Below are positions 29,384 to 48,801 of a stretch of DNA of 64,000 nucleotides, one piece after another. The notes below the pieces were generated by a model. It saw only the letters and a program-made list of their open reading frames with translations. It was not told the DNA's origin and searched no databases. Each line of letters opens with the position of its first letter. Position 1 is the first letter of the stretch. The translations under genes were made by a program, and so were the position numbers. The stretch is from the human T2T-CHM13v2.0 reference genome, Homo sapiens. The stretch lies in NCBI RefSeq assembly GCF_009914755.1, contig NC_060948.1. One strand, written 5' to 3'.

Positions 29384-31387
29384 GAGAAAGACACTTCCCT
29401 GGTGGTAGAAACAGAAGAGAAAATGTAACAGAGAGGAGGAAGTAGTAGTGAAAAATACTAAAGTTCTGAGAATAGGAGAGCAACAAAGTGATGATAGGTG
29501 ATCAAAGTTGTCATTCAAGCTTTCTTCTCTCCATTATTCTGCCTATACTTGGGTTCGTGTTCTTGCAGGGAGGGCGTCTTAGTGATTCCAGCTGCCTATC
29601 TCTTCCGCAAGGTGGCATCTTGATGGTAATTCCCCCGGTTTCTTATTTTCACATGTATCTTCATTGTTTGAGGTAAATGGAATGACTTTCTGGCTTTGAA
29701 ACTGGGAAAATCCAATACACATGTTTGTCAAGAGGAGGCTGAATTATTTCCTTTGGTAAGGTGCTGCTGGTTTTCCCTGTATTAATGCTTATATTAGAAA
29801 ATATCTACACTGCAAGTCCAAAACACCACTCCAAATGCTTTAGAGATCTGGGCGTCGTGTGTGCTCTTATTTTTATGGTTGGTGATGGTTTTATGGTGTT
29901 TGAACAGCTGGTTGATGCCACTCATTATATTATGTACTAGGGAAGAAAAATGCTGTATCTCTTCCCCTAGGAATCCACTTGGGCATGTAGATATATACAA
30001 AGATAGTTTCAATGCAATCTATTAGATGTTTATACTGGGTGCTATGGAACCACAGAGGATAGGCACAGAAACTGATTCCTGAAATTCACATGAGCTTTAA
30101 ATAACCGGCTTGAAATGCCTGTTTATGAACGAAAGGAAAAAAGAAGAGTGCCCAGGTTTCCTCATTTACTCACTTGTTTACTCTAGTGCATTTATGTGTG
30201 CATTCTTAGAGTGAGTGTCCACAAGTTCAAAATCCCTAAAAGGAGCTCAAAGCAACTCTTCCTATGAAACACCCTTCTGTCCATTTCAGAGATGAGGATA
30301 TCTTGATAAGAAAGAAAGAAATAGGAAGAGCATTGCAGAAAGGGATAGACCAGTAGGATGGAAAATGTCTGCTTGTCTTGAGTCCAGTCTTTACAGCTCC
30401 ATTTCAGAACTATTTCAATTGTTGTGAAGTTCTCCCATGTTAGGGATGCATACTCAAATCCCCAAACACATTCGGGTTAGATATAAATTCATTTTCATTA
30501 TCTTGCTTTCAGGATAATCCATGCCACTAGAGTATGCTTTCCGAACAGTGAAAACATAAAAGTTAAGAGGATTCAAATTGAAGTTGGAAAGTTTTCCCTC
30601 TAGAAATTAGAAAGACAACATTAGTATTAATAGTGTTTAAACTATTGAGTTAAATATTAACATTTTCCATTTAAAATGAAATTTAATAATGTATAGAAGA
30701 GCAACACATACATTAGTATATCAGAAGTACAAATGATGAAAGATAATGAGGCTCTTGTCTTCGTAATGAGACTAAAAATCAGAATATTCTAAAGTTTTAT
30801 AAGCCTTGATCCTGTCATCATTAGTGTATAGTGTCTAGGCTGATCTTACAGAAAACCTCAAGAGAATGTATTTTAAAACTTTCCAGTCTAACAGTGTCAT
30901 TCAAAAAAAAGGATGTCTTTATGTGGTTGAAAACAAGGTTTAAATTGTGTAATCCTATTAAGAAAGAAAACTAGGCTCTTTTTCATATTCTATTCTGTGT
31001 AAACACATGCACACTTTTCCCCCTTACTTAACGTTTAGAGCTTTCAGAGCTGAAGGCCAAGATTTAGTGCCAGCTCTTTCACACTTTTGATATCTCAAGA
31101 GTGCCAGCCAAGAAAACATACACAATGCTCACTTAATTTGCATAATATCCAGGGCTCTAAAGAGGTTATAATAAATGCTACAAAAAAAATCTTGTAAGGA
31201 ATATGCTTGCCTGATATTTAAAGCATTGATATGATTCTGCTCAGAAAGTGACATTTGATGTTCCCAATTTGGCTGTCAGCTGGAGTTACTATGCCTGAAA
31301 AAAATTCACTTAACTCTTTCATATATGGTGAACTGTGATTGTCCTGTTGCAGAAAAACACTTCCAAGGCCTCGCTTCTGTTATTTGT

Positions 31388-31912
31388 TGCTGTCAGCAGC
31401 CTTCTGAGATGGGTACACCGTGATACCTGCTCCCTCATCTTCATGCCTTGCTTAATCGCATCCTGTTGAGAGTGGGCTGGAAAGAGCAAGTGGCTTCTGA
31501 GGAATGGAGCACTGCCAAGTGTTGGGATGATGTTACTGAGACTAAGCCACAAAGACTCTAACTTTGTGGTCTTCTTTCACTTTCTGGGCCTTCTCACCTG
31601 TTTTCATGAAGGAAGTTGTGAGCTGCCCCATGGAGAGGCCTATATGACAGGGAACTGGTCAACAGCCAACAAAGAATGGAGGGCCTCCGTGCCTCAGCCC
31701 ATGAGGATCTGAATCCCACCAATCACCTTGCAAGGGAGCTTGGAAAGGGATCCATCTAGGCTTGACACGACTGATGTCCCAGCTGACTGCAGGCTCATAA
31801 GAGGGCTCAGCTAAGCAATGCCAAAATTCCTCACCCACAGAAACTGTGAGGTAATACACATAATGTTTCTCACCATTATATTTTGAGATGTTTTGTTACG
31901 TGGCAACAGGCA
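31388..31912 (+). mobile_element. MLT1 (MLT1F-like) LTR
   Basis: GCTGCCCCATGGAGAGGCC...AATTCCTCACCCACAGAAACTGTGAG...TTTGTTACGTGGCAA. Confidence 0.7.
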
Positions 31913-31916
31913 CCTA

Positions 31917-33057
31917 CAGTAGTCCCCCTCTTTTCCATGAGAGAGATGTTCCGAGATCCAGAGTGGATGCCTGAAACCGAGTGTAGTACTGAACCCTATA
32001 TACACTGCTTTTTCTTATACCTACATACATTACATACATATGATAAAGTTTAATTTATAAATAAGGCACAGTAAAAGATGAATGACAATAACTGATAATA
32101 AAATTAAACAAGTATAATAGTATCTTGTGAAGTTAAGTGATATCTCCTTCTTTCTATTAAAATATCTTATTGTACTGCACTCACCTGACATGGTTAGGCT
32201 TTGTGTCCCCACCCAAATCTCATCTTGAATTGTAATTCCCATAATCCCCACGTGTCAAGGGAGAGACGAGGTGGAGGTAATTGAATCATGGGGGTGGTTT
32301 CCCTCATGCTGTTCTCCTGATAGTGAGTTCCCACGAGATCAGATGGTTTTATAAGGGACTATTCCCACTTCACTCAGCACTTCTCCTTCCTGCAGCCTTG
32401 TGAAGAAGGTGCCTTGCTTCCCTTTCACCTTCCACCACGATTGTAAGTTTCCTGAGGCCTCCCCAGCCATGTGAAACTGTGAGTCAATTAAACCTCTTTC
32501 CTTTATAAATTACCCAGTCTTGGCAGTTCTTTATAGCAGTATGAAAATGGACTAATGCATCACCCTTCTTCTTGTGATGGTATGAGATGATAATATGCCT
32601 GCCTCATGAGATGAAACCAGGTGAATGACATAGGCATTGTGGCACAGGCATTGTGATGTAGTAGTGTTAGTCTACTATTGACCTTCTGACAAAGCATCAG
32701 AAGGAAGGTCATCTGCTTTGGGTGATCCCAGATCTTTGAGCTATGATGATGTCTTTGGGTGAATGTCAGGAGCAGATGCTGCCTATGAATCTTGGGTGGG
32801 TAGCAAGTTATGTGCCCAGCTTTGGTGGGTAGCAAGTTATGTGTCCAGTGTGGAGATGCTGAACAAAGGGATAATTTACATCCCAGGCAGGATGGAGCAG
32901 GACAGTGTGAGATTTCATCATGTTATGAAGAATGGCACACAATTGAAAACTTACGAATTGTTTATTTTTGGAAGTTTCCATGCAATATTTTCCAGCTGCA
33001 GTTGTCTGCAGGTAACTGAAACTGCAGACAGAGAAACTGTGGATAAGGGGACTGCTG
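31917..33057. mobile_element. MER44 (Tigger7-derived MITE), interrupted by THE1
   Basis: TIRs CAGTAGTCCCCCTC... and ...GGATAAGGGGACTGCTG; TA TSD at 31915-31916 and 33058-33059. Confidence 0.85.
32186..32559 (+). mobile_element. THE1 (THE1C-like) solo LTR
   Basis: TGACATGGTTAGGCTTTGTGTCCCCACCCAAATCTC...GGACTAATGCA; perfect 5-bp TSD TCACC at 32181-32185 and 32560-32564. Confidence 0.93.
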
Positions 33058-33450
33058 TAATGCATTCACTATACTTCATCTCTAAATGTGAGCAACTCCA
33101 GAAAACTACTTGGCCAGGTAATGTCTCAGTAAATAGAAAGCACTGTGTTCTACCTTTTTGGTACCTGGAAATAGCTAACTAGGTATTTACTAAATATTGG
33201 CTGAAATTACCTTAATTATAGATTAAGCACAATCAGTTCCTGAGAATACTAAGATTAATACACATGATCTATGGTGATGGTTGAAATGTCTCCAATAGTA
33301 ATTTTTGGCAGAGTTGGTTTAAAGCCCAAAATTGACCACTTGATCAATTTGACCAACAAATTGATTTGTTATGTGATCTTGAGGGGGTTAATTGGCCTCT
33401 TTGAGCCTGTTGTCTGATTAACTAAATTGGGAAATAATAAAACCTATCTT

Positions 33451-33833
<383 letters not shown>

Positions 33834-35794
33834 TTAATCCAACACAATATTATTTTTGTGTCACCAGTCACCAAGGTGCTCCTAATTTAAGAAGGAAGAC
33901 AGAAATGATTGTGGCAAATATGGCAGATGTGGAAACAGAGGTGAATTCAGTGTGCAGCAGGGAGACACACTAAAGAGCATCACTTATTTCTCTAAATAAC
34001 ACTTTCAGTTAGTTGCCTCTTAATAGAGGAAAATAAAAATGAACAGGACGATAGTGATTTTTCCCCCTAGCAAGTCTTCACTAGCTAGTTTTGAAAGCAT
34101 GGCCAGCCTTATCAACTACTTAGGGGTCTTCTTAAGTCATGTTGGAAGGAAGAGAACATGCAGACTTGATCTTTAATTCAACTACATGCAATGCAAAGAG
34201 TTTATTTAAAAAAACATATGTGTATATACATACACCTTACCTAATGAATGGCTGGCTCTACTTCATTGTACAGTGCACAGTCCCTGATAATAAATGCCAG
34301 GCCTGCATAATACAGAAAGGCTCATTAAACATTTCTTTGGTCTTACTTTCAAGAAATGAGAATTTATATAAGGCATAAATAGCTCATGAAAATGTCTTAT
34401 TGCAAACAGCTTTGCTTTAATGTTCAATTACCTTTTTTTTTTTTTTTGAGCTGCATTTCTACAACCACACTAAGCAGTTTGTTTCTCATCTTTTGGTGTT
34501 TTCTCTTTCTCTTTCTCTCTCTCTGTCTCCACACACACACACATATTTGCACATGTATATTCCAGCAAAATCCCTTGCATATATACAGTGGAAACATTTA
34601 CCTTTGTGTTTTTTGTTTTCTTGTCTACTGCTGTACCGCAATCTTAAATAAATGCTAAGCTACTTCAGTGCATGGAGTAGAATCAAATGTAGCTTTTAAA
34701 CCACTCCTTTACAGCCAGTAGCTTTTTGCAAGACAATAACTGGGCCTCACACTCTGAGTTTTCCAAAAGAAGGGCTGTAGCAACCACCTCCTTGGTGTAA
34801 AGCAGCATTATAAGGCCTTCTGGATACTTAGTAAGGCACGTTTTGTCATGCCTTTGACCTGATGTGTTGAAAAAAAGTGTTTTGATATGTGGAAACGGAA
34901 GCAATTTTTTTCCCTTTGGCAATGTCTACTGCTATTTTACAGTTTGCCAAAACTTTTCTCTTTTCAAAAGTTATCATTTTAGACTGCAGAACTGCTATGG
35001 ATATCACTTATTGTACTTTCTGAATAATTTTAAAAGACTTCATAACATCTGTCACACCTGTCTTTAATCAAAATAAACCCCTGAAAGATCTTTTCCATTA
35101 GGTTTTACATAGCCTTACGGTTTACTATTTCCTCCCTAAAAATAACTTTTATTCACACAATAAGATGGACAAGCATATAGTAAATGAAAAGTAAATATAA
35201 ATATAGTTTAGGATAGCAAAACATTGTGAAAAACTGTTAGTGCAGTATAACTGCTTCATGTTTTTAGTTAGGTGAACACAGGTGAAGAATAAATATGGAT
35301 ATACAACTTTTCCTTTGAAAACTTTGATGTAACTCTTTCATGTTTTGAAACATTAAAAATAATTTTTATATGACAAAAGTGAAGTAAGTTCTCACACATT
35401 CTGCAGTTCTGTATGAAAATTTTGCTAAAGGTAAATGGCAAGATGACATTTATTTATTTAGTGTCATCTCATTATATATTTTTTTCTTAATTTGTCCAAC
35501 CAAGAGACTTTCCAAGCCTTCTAGCAATAATAAGATTATACAATAAACCATGATCCCAAAAGCATGTTACAGGAAAAACAAAAATCTTGACATTTTAGTT
35601 GACTACAAATTTGTTCTGAGCTAATAATATGATAAATTCTAACTGATTTTAGAAATCAGCATATTAGAATAATTTCTTACAAAATGTCACATGTGTGCTA
35701 CCCAGGCTAGACCACATCTAACTACTATATCCAAGCCATTGTCTTAATTTACAATATAGGATATCAAATAAACACCACTGTCTACTACAATATC

Positions 35795-36101
35795 TTTTTT
35801 TTTTTTTTTTTTTTTGAGATAGGGTCTTGCTCTGTCATCTAGGCTGTAATGCAGGGACATAATCATTTCTCACTTCAGCCTCCACTTCATGGATGCAAGA
35901 GATCCTCCTGCCTTAGCCTCCTGAGTATCTGGGACTCCAGGCATGCATCACCATCTCTGGATAATTTTTGTAATTTTTTTTTCTTGTAGAAATGGGGTCC
36001 CACTATATTGCCCAGGCTTTGAACTCCTGGACTGAAGAGATACTCCTACCTTCACCTCCCAAAATGCTGGGATTAAGGGCACAAGCCACTGTACCCCACT
36101 T
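35795..36101 (-). mobile_element. AluJ (diverged)
   Basis: Poly-T and reverse dimer; TSD CTACAATAT at 35785-35793 and 36103-36111. Confidence 0.85.
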
Positions 36102-38049
36102 CCTACAATATTTTGACAGACATCAAATAGCTGCACTCTTTCTGAACAAGGCTGAATATAACCTCTTATTTTCTTCTCAATATGGTAGTTCAAGTCACTA
36201 TACTAATTAATCAGCATTGTTACCATTTGTGACAGACTCAACAGTATCCAGAGTAGAGCAAATCATCATTGAAAGCACTTTTGAAAAATGGAATTGGGAA
36301 CTGGTAACATTTAGCAAAGAATGACAGTATCCAACAGAACATGGGAGCTCTCTTCAAATATTTAAAGGAGTGGTGTATGGAAAAGGAAGTAGATTCACTA
36401 TTTGTTACAGCTCTTGAAGTCGAAACAAAGAACAAGGCAGAGAATTGCAGGATCTCTGCTTATAATAGAAAATGTCAATTAGTGAAATAAGTGCTTTTAA
36501 AATGCTATAGTTACTCTCAACCCCTAGAACTATTCAGAAGTGGCTGAGGAATTAATCATTGAGAAGACTTTGGTAACAGCGAAATAGGTGACCTATAAAT
36601 TAGTACCCAGAGGCTAAATTATGACATTAAAACACCCTCAAATTTTCATAAAAATAATTATTTTGCCACTATTGATACCGACTATGTCTGATTATATTCA
36701 AATATTTCAGCACAGCATAATTACTGAGTTTGATTTGCAGACATGATTTATATATTCAAAGAAGACTGTGGACATCTCTCTTGCTGAAAGCTCTTTGGGC
36801 AAAAACTAAAGTGGCCTTAGACTCAACATGCTCTGCAATATTATCTGCATTAATTTTGAATGTCACAAACAATTAGAAGCATTATTAGTGATAAAAGTAT
36901 TTATCATCGTATGTCAATATATTCTCTTAATAAGTTAATATATGGAGATCATCATTCTAGATTTACTTTTATCTTCATTTTGACATCTAAGGAATTATGG
37001 TAATGTTATGTCAGAAAGTGCTGAAAAATGCTTCAAAAGTGTCAAAATTACACAGGTGCCATCTTGAAAGTGGTAACTTCAGAAAAGTGCCCTTGTAATA
37101 TCCAGGAATTCATAGTGATAGTGAATAGAATGATAGAAGACAATGCAAAGCACTTCCTCACAGATAGCCAAGTGAGAAACACAGAAAAAATGATGGAGTT
37201 GGGAAATCTCTGTATTGTAACCACCATATTGGCATCAATGCCAACTAGATGACAAAACTAGTTTGATGAACAAGAAATGATACATACATAGTCTGAAATA
37301 GCCCATTGATTTCTTACCAATACCACATGTCTTATAAATTGCAGAGGTAAAATTAATGACTCTGTATGGGGATATCCAAGAGACACCATTTTAACCAAGT
37401 GATGAAGTTTATCATCACCAACAATGAGACAGAGGCATTATATGCATCTAGACATAAGGTACTAGAGAAAACACACCTTGTGTTGATGGTATTCCTGCCA
37501 AAAATAAATAAATTGAATCCAGTTATCAGGAATCGTTAAAAAAGCTCATATCGAAGGATGTTCAACAAAATAACTGGCCTGTGTCCAGATATATCAGCTT
37601 CATGAACAAACAAGAAACTGACAGAATGTTCCAGACTGAAGGAAAGTAAAGTTACGAGACAATGTGATGTCATTCATGATTGTGAATTTGATACTGGACC
37701 AGAAAGAATATAACTAAAAGAGACAGTATAGCAATAATTAAGAAATTTTCAATATCACTGTGAATCAGATAGTACTGTGCCAATGTTATCAATGATACCA
37801 ATACTATCAATGAATTAGATAGTATTGTACCAATGTTAAATTTCTTGATTTTGTTAATTGTATCAGGTTCATGCAGTTTTTATCCTTGGGAAATTCATAT
37901 CAAAATATTTGGTGTTAGGTGAATATGATATCTACAACTTAATTTCAAGTAGTTCAGAAAAGCATATGCATATATAGATATACGTGTATAGATATATAGA
38001 AGTGTGTGTGTTATGTGTGTATTTGTGTGCATGAAAACACTTAGAGGAG

Positions 38050-38592
38050 AGAAGACAGATAGATGATAGGTAGATAGGTAGCTAGAGAGAGAGAGACAGA
38101 CAGATAGACAGAAAGACAGACAGGTCCCTTAGACAGATTGAGGGACAGACAGACAGATAGACGGACAGAAAGATAGATGGACAGAAAGACAGATAGACAG
38201 ATGAACGGATGGACAAAAAGACATACAGACAGACGGATGGACAGACAGAAAAACAGAAAGACAGACTGAAAGGTAGACAGACAGGTAGACAAAGAAAGAC
38301 AGGCAGATAGGTAGATAGGTAGGTAGGTAGGTAGATAGATAGATAGCCAGACAGACAGACAGTCAGAAAAACAGACAGACAGACAGATAGACAGATAGAT
38401 AAACAGACAGATAGAAAGATAGACAGACAGACAGATCCACAGATAGACAGACAAACAATAGCCAGCCAGCAAGCCAGCCAGCCAAATAGACAAAGAGACA
38501 GACACATAGGTAGACAGACAGACAGAGAGACAGATAGACAGATAGATATAGATAGATAGATACGAATAGATGGATAGATAGATAGTCAGATA
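38050..38592. repeat. Compound (GACA)/(GATA)/(GGTA) tetranucleotide repeat (Bkm-like)
   Basis: About 540 bp of AGAC/AGAT variants. Confidence 0.95.
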
Positions 38593-38601
38593 GAGCAAAG
38601 C

Positions 38602-38905
38602 AGTCGGGTGCGATGGATCATGCCTATAATCCCAGCACTTTGGGAGGCTGAGACGGGTGGACCTGAGGTCAGGAGTTCAAGAGCAGTCTGGCCAACATGG
38701 CAAAATCCCGTCTCTAGTAGAAATGTAAAAATTAGCCAGGTATGGTGGTGGGTGCCTGTAATCCCAGCTACTTGGGAGGCTGAGGCAGGGAGAACTGCTT
38801 GAACCTGGGAGGCAGAGGTTGCAGTGAGCCAAGATTGTGCCACTGCACTCCAGCCTGAGTAAGACTCTGTCAAAAAGCAAAATATAACAAAACAAAACAA
38901 AAAAC
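38602..38905 (+). mobile_element. AluS (Sx/Sz-like)
   Basis: Perfect 14-bp TSD AGATAGAGCAAAGC at 38588-38601 and 38917-38930. Confidence 0.92.
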
Positions 38906-39934
38906 CACAGTAACATAGATAGAGCAAAGCCACTGTGGCAAATTTTTAACATATCCTAAATCTGGTTGAATGTTTACAGCAAATTTTATACAGTACTTTG
39001 ATATTTTCTGTGGGCTTGAAAATATATAAAATAAAAATTTATAAAAATAAAAAGAGAACCAGAGATGAAAGTTGGAATAATCAAAAATAAATCTAAACAA
39101 TGATGCATCTCTGGGTAATCAGTTGTTTTTTAGCTCATTCGGATGAAATTTTTGGCTGAATTGACTTCAGCAGTGGATCTCACTTTCTGAAAGATTTGTG
39201 CTGTCCTGTTAGGCTATCTGATACACAGGACTCAGGTTGTGGGAAAGAGAAATGAAATACTGTAACTTATGGTAAATATTTAACAAGAATACAGCCCAGT
39301 ACACTGCAGCATGAACTGCAGGGAAACTTACCTTAAGTAGAACCATACGTAACAATATTTAGGTTTCTTAAGCTGTTTGCGCTTACACCACTTGTGCCTG
39401 CATAATATCTAGGATGCCTTCTTAACAGCAATTGTAAATTTTTTTGCAAAGCCCAATACCAAAATGTAAAAGCTGGAAACTATTATGCTTTTCTCAATTC
39501 AAACTTTAATAATATACATTTGACAATGAGCTTATTTATATATGGTGAACTGTAATATAATGTGATGCAAATGTCATTCTGTGGTTATTCCCAATTTTCC
39601 ATAAAATGTTCACAGAAGTAGCATTATCAAATAAATGAAATGTGATAAAAATAATACATTCAATCTTGGCTTTCAGTAGCAGAATTAAAGTTTAATTGCA
39701 TGGACATGAGTTGCTCATGTTATTCATCAAGTTCAATGTCATTATTGATTTTTCAGGAATAGTATTGGCATGGCTTACATTTTGAGGAATTTAGGCCAGA
39801 AATCCTAGATGCCAATAATCTTTCTCTATATGGGAAAAATGCATCCTTTAGTCCCCCTGTCTGAAGGAAAACCACAGAGGCAGTGGAACTGTTAGAAGCA
39901 GGAAATAGGTTTGAATAATATAAATGGCCAATGA

Positions 39935-40394
<460 letters not shown>

Positions 40395-41501
40395 AATTTT
40401 CTTATTTGTATTTTCAGATGAGGTTTGAGAACATTATGTGCAGTTTCATCTACTCAACAAAAAGATGTCGGTCACGCCAAGATGGCCGAACAGGAACAGA
40501 TCCGTTCTACAGCTCCCAGTGTCAGTGATGCAGAATATGGGTGATTTCTGCATTTCCATCTGAGGTACCAGGTTCATCTCACTAGGGAGTGCCAGACAGT
40601 GGGCGCAGGAGAGTGGGTGCAGCGCACCGTGTGTGAGCCAAAGCACGGCAAGGCATTACCTCACTCGGGAAGCACAAGGGGTGAGGGAGTTCCCTTTCCT
40701 AGTCAAAGAAAGGGGTGACCGATGGCACCTGGAAAATCAGGTCACTCCCACCTGAATACTGCACTTTTCCAATGGGCTTAAAAAAACGGCACACCAGCAG
40801 ATCATATCCTGCACCTGGCTCAGAGGGTCCTATGCCCATGGAGTCTCGCTGATAGCTAGCACAGCACTCTGATATCAAACTGCAAGGTGGCAGCGAGGCT
40901 GGGGGAGGGGCACCCGCCATTGCCAGGGCTTGCTTAGGTGAGCAAAGTAGCCAGGAAGCTCAAACTGGGTGGAGCCCACCACAGCTCAAGGAGACCTGCC
41001 TGCCTCTGTAGGCTCCACCTCTGGGGGCAGGGCACAGACAAACAAAAAGACAGCAGTAACCTCTGCAGACTTAAATGTCCCTGTCTGACAGCTTTGAAGA
41101 GAGCAGTGGTTCTCCCAGCATGCAGCTGGAGATCTGAGAATGGGCAGAGTGCCTCCTCAAGTGGGTCCCTGACCCCTGACCCCTGAGCAGCCTAACTGGA
41201 AGGCACCCCCCAGTAGAGGAGACTGACACCTCACATGGCCGGGTGCTCCTCAGAGACAAAACTTGCAGAGGAACAATCAGACAGCAGCATCCGCGGTTCA
41301 CGAAAATCCGCTGATCTGCAGCCACTGCTGCTGTTACCCAGGCAAACAGGGTCTGAAGAGGATCTCTACTAAACTCCAACAGACCTGCAGCTGAGGGTCC
41401 TGTCTGTTAGAAGGAAAATTAGCAAACAGAAAGGACATCCACACCAAAAACCCATCTGTACATTGCCATCATCAAAGAACAAAAGTAGGTAAACCACAAA
41501 G

Positions 41502-42518
41502 ATGGGGAAAAAACCGAGCAGAAAAACTGGAAACTCTAGAAAGCAGAGCACACTTCCTCCTCCAAAGGAACACAGTTCCTCACCAGCAACGGAACAAAGC
41601 TTGATGGAGAATGACATTGAGGAATTGAGAGAAGAAGACTTCAGATGAGCAAACTACCCTGAGCTACCGGAGGAAATTCAAACCAAAGGCAAAGAAGTTA
41701 AAAACCTTGAAAAAAATTTAGACAAATGTATAACTGGAATAACCAATACACAGAAGTGCTTAAAGGAGCTGATGGACCTGAAAGCCAAGGTTTGAGAACT
41801 ACGTGAAGAATGCAGAAGCCTCAGGAGCCAATTTGATCAACTAGAAGAAAGGGTATCAGTGATGGAAGATGAAATGAATGAAATGAAGTGAGAAGGGAAG
41901 TTTGGAGAAAAAAGAGTAAAAAGAAATGAACAAAACCTACAAGAAATATGGGACTATATGAAAAGACCAAATCTATGTCTGATTGATGTACCTGAAAGTG
42001 ACGGGGAGAATGAAACCAAGTTGGAAAACACTCTGCAGGACATTATCCAGGAGAACTGCCCCAACATAGCAATGCAGGCCAACATTCTCAATCAGGAAAT
42101 ACAGAGAATGCCACAAAGATATACCTCAAGAAGAGCAACTCTAAGACACATAATTGTCAGGTTTAGCAAAATTGAAATGAAGAAAAAAATGTTAAGGGCA
42201 GCCAGAGAGAAAGGTCGGGTTTCCCTCAAAGGGAAGCCCATCAGACTAACAGCGGATCTCTCAGCAGAAACTCTACAAGCCAGAAGAGAGTGGGGGCCAA
42301 TATACAACATTCTTAAACATAAGAATTTTCAACCCAGAATTTCATATCCAGCCAAACCAAGCTTCATAAGTGAAGGAGAAATAAAATACTTTACAAACAA
42401 GCAAATGCTGAGAGATTTTGTCACCACCAGGCCTGCCCTAAAAGAGCTCCTGAAAGAAGTACTAAACCTGGAAAGGAACAACCGGTACCAGCCACTGCAA
42501 AATCATGCCAAATTGTAA
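41502..42518 (+). pseudogene. L1 ORF1p, full 1017-nt frame with three premature stops
   Basis: In-frame TGA at 41646, 41793 and 41889, consistent with CGA>TGA CpG decay. Confidence 0.93.
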
Positions 42519-42581
42519 AGACCATCAAGGCTAGGAAGAAACTACATCAACTAATGAGTAAAATCATCAGCTAACATCATA

Positions 42582-46405
<3,824 letters not shown>

Positions 46406-46800
46406 ACAATGAGATCACATGGACACAGGAAGGGGAATATCACACTCTGGGGACTGTTGTGGGGTGGGGGGAGGGGGGAGGGATAGCATTGGGAGATATA
46501 CCTAATGCTAGATGATGAGTTAGTGGGTGCAGTGCACCAGCATGGCACATGTATATATATGTATCTAACCTGCACAATGTACACATATACCCTAAAACTT
46601 AAAGTATAATAAAAAAAATAAAAAAATAAAAATAAAATTAAAAAAAAAAACAATTTAAAGCAAAATTTAATAATTACAAGTTTACCACACACATCAAAGT
46701 GAAATGTCTTTTAAAAATAGCACAATGATCATGGTGGGTAGGGATATGGCTGTGTCTTACATCACACATGAAGTGTTATATTACTATTTGAAGATGTTAA

Positions 46801-47114
<314 letters not shown>

Positions 47115-47266
47115 ATAAACACTATACTTTTTTTAATTAAAAGAAGGTATATGAAATAATTCTATGGTGGAGATAAACGGGATTCTACAAAATTAATTTT
47201 TATTTTGTATATATACACACAAACTTTTACCTTTATTTCTCTGAAATTACTATTTTAATCCTAATA

Positions 47267-47346
47267 TTAGGTTGGTGCAAAAGTCATTGCGGTTTTGGCC
47301 ATCATTTTCAATGGCAAAGACCGCAATTACTTTTGCTCCACTCTAA
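47267..47346. mobile_element. MADE1 (Hsmar1 mariner MITE), an 80-bp palindrome
   Basis: TTAGGTTGGTGCAAAAGTCATTGCGG...CCGCAATTACTTTTGCTCCACTCTAA flanked by TA. Confidence 0.92.
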
Positions 47347-47353
47347 TACAAAT

Positions 47354-47478
47354 TGTGATGATGAATTTAATAAGTGACCTTGACCGGGCTAAGGGATGAC
47401 CAGATGGTTGGAAAGACATTTATTTCTGGCTGTCTCTGTAATGGTATTTCCAGAGGGATTAGCATTTGGATCAGAGGG
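47354..47478 (+). mobile_element. MLT2 (ERVL) LTR 5' fragment
   Basis: TGTGATG...CTTGACCGGGCTAAGGGATG...TTTCCAGAGGGATTAGCATTTG. Confidence 0.65.
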
Positions 47479-47868
47479 GTTTTTTTTGGGAGCGGGGGTG
47501 AGGGGTCCTGATTAGCATAAGTCCACAGCAACCACCAAAAATGTGAATGCTGCTTGCTTTCCATAGTGACTGCTTGAGTTACCTCCCACATAGGACACCT
47601 AGGGTGTGTTGCTCCCAGGCCGTGGGATGGATTCAGAGATAATACCATCAACACCAATGTATCAACACAATGCCTGAACATTCCTAGACAGAGATTTAAG
47701 TGGTGTGGTAGACAAGGGATCAAGAAGGATGCCAGAATGAAGGGAAGAAATCTGGAAAAACCAAGAGAATTGCAGAAAACCAGATCCAGGGCTCTAATAA
47801 TCTGTGAGAGCCTATGTAGACTTCTGTCTAGGATGAGTCAATGACTTACCATTTAAGAGCACAGAGTT

Positions 47869-48280
<412 letters not shown>

Positions 48281-48499
48281 TTAATGAATCAAAAATCAAC
48301 AATGAAATATTGATCCTGAAAATGTGACCAAATTTTGGTGCCTGGTGAAATGGAAATTCTGAGCGAAGAAAAAAGTGTAGTCCTTGCTCTTAACTTGCTT
48401 AAAAAACAAACTAGTAGAAGATATACAAACTATTATTATAAATGAGGAGTACAGTAACTAGTGACATATATAAGCTTCATTTGTTATTGTCCATTCCAT

Positions 48500-48801
<302 letters not shown>

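Larger units (their letters stand above)
37180..39050 (+). mobile_element. Ancient L1MC/L1ME 3' region, interrupted by a GACA/GATA repeat and an Alu
   Basis: CACCATTTTAACCAAGTGAT...TAACTGGCCTGT...CCAATGTTAAATTTCTTGATTTTG...AGCAAA motifs. Confidence 0.6.

Noticed and set aside
38041-38598. 185-aa and 141-aa minus-strand ORFs
   Set aside because: They are read through the GACA/GATA repeat.
47267-47346. miRNA-like (mir-548-type) hairpin
   Set aside because: Fully explained by a MADE1 MITE; there is no evidence of expression.
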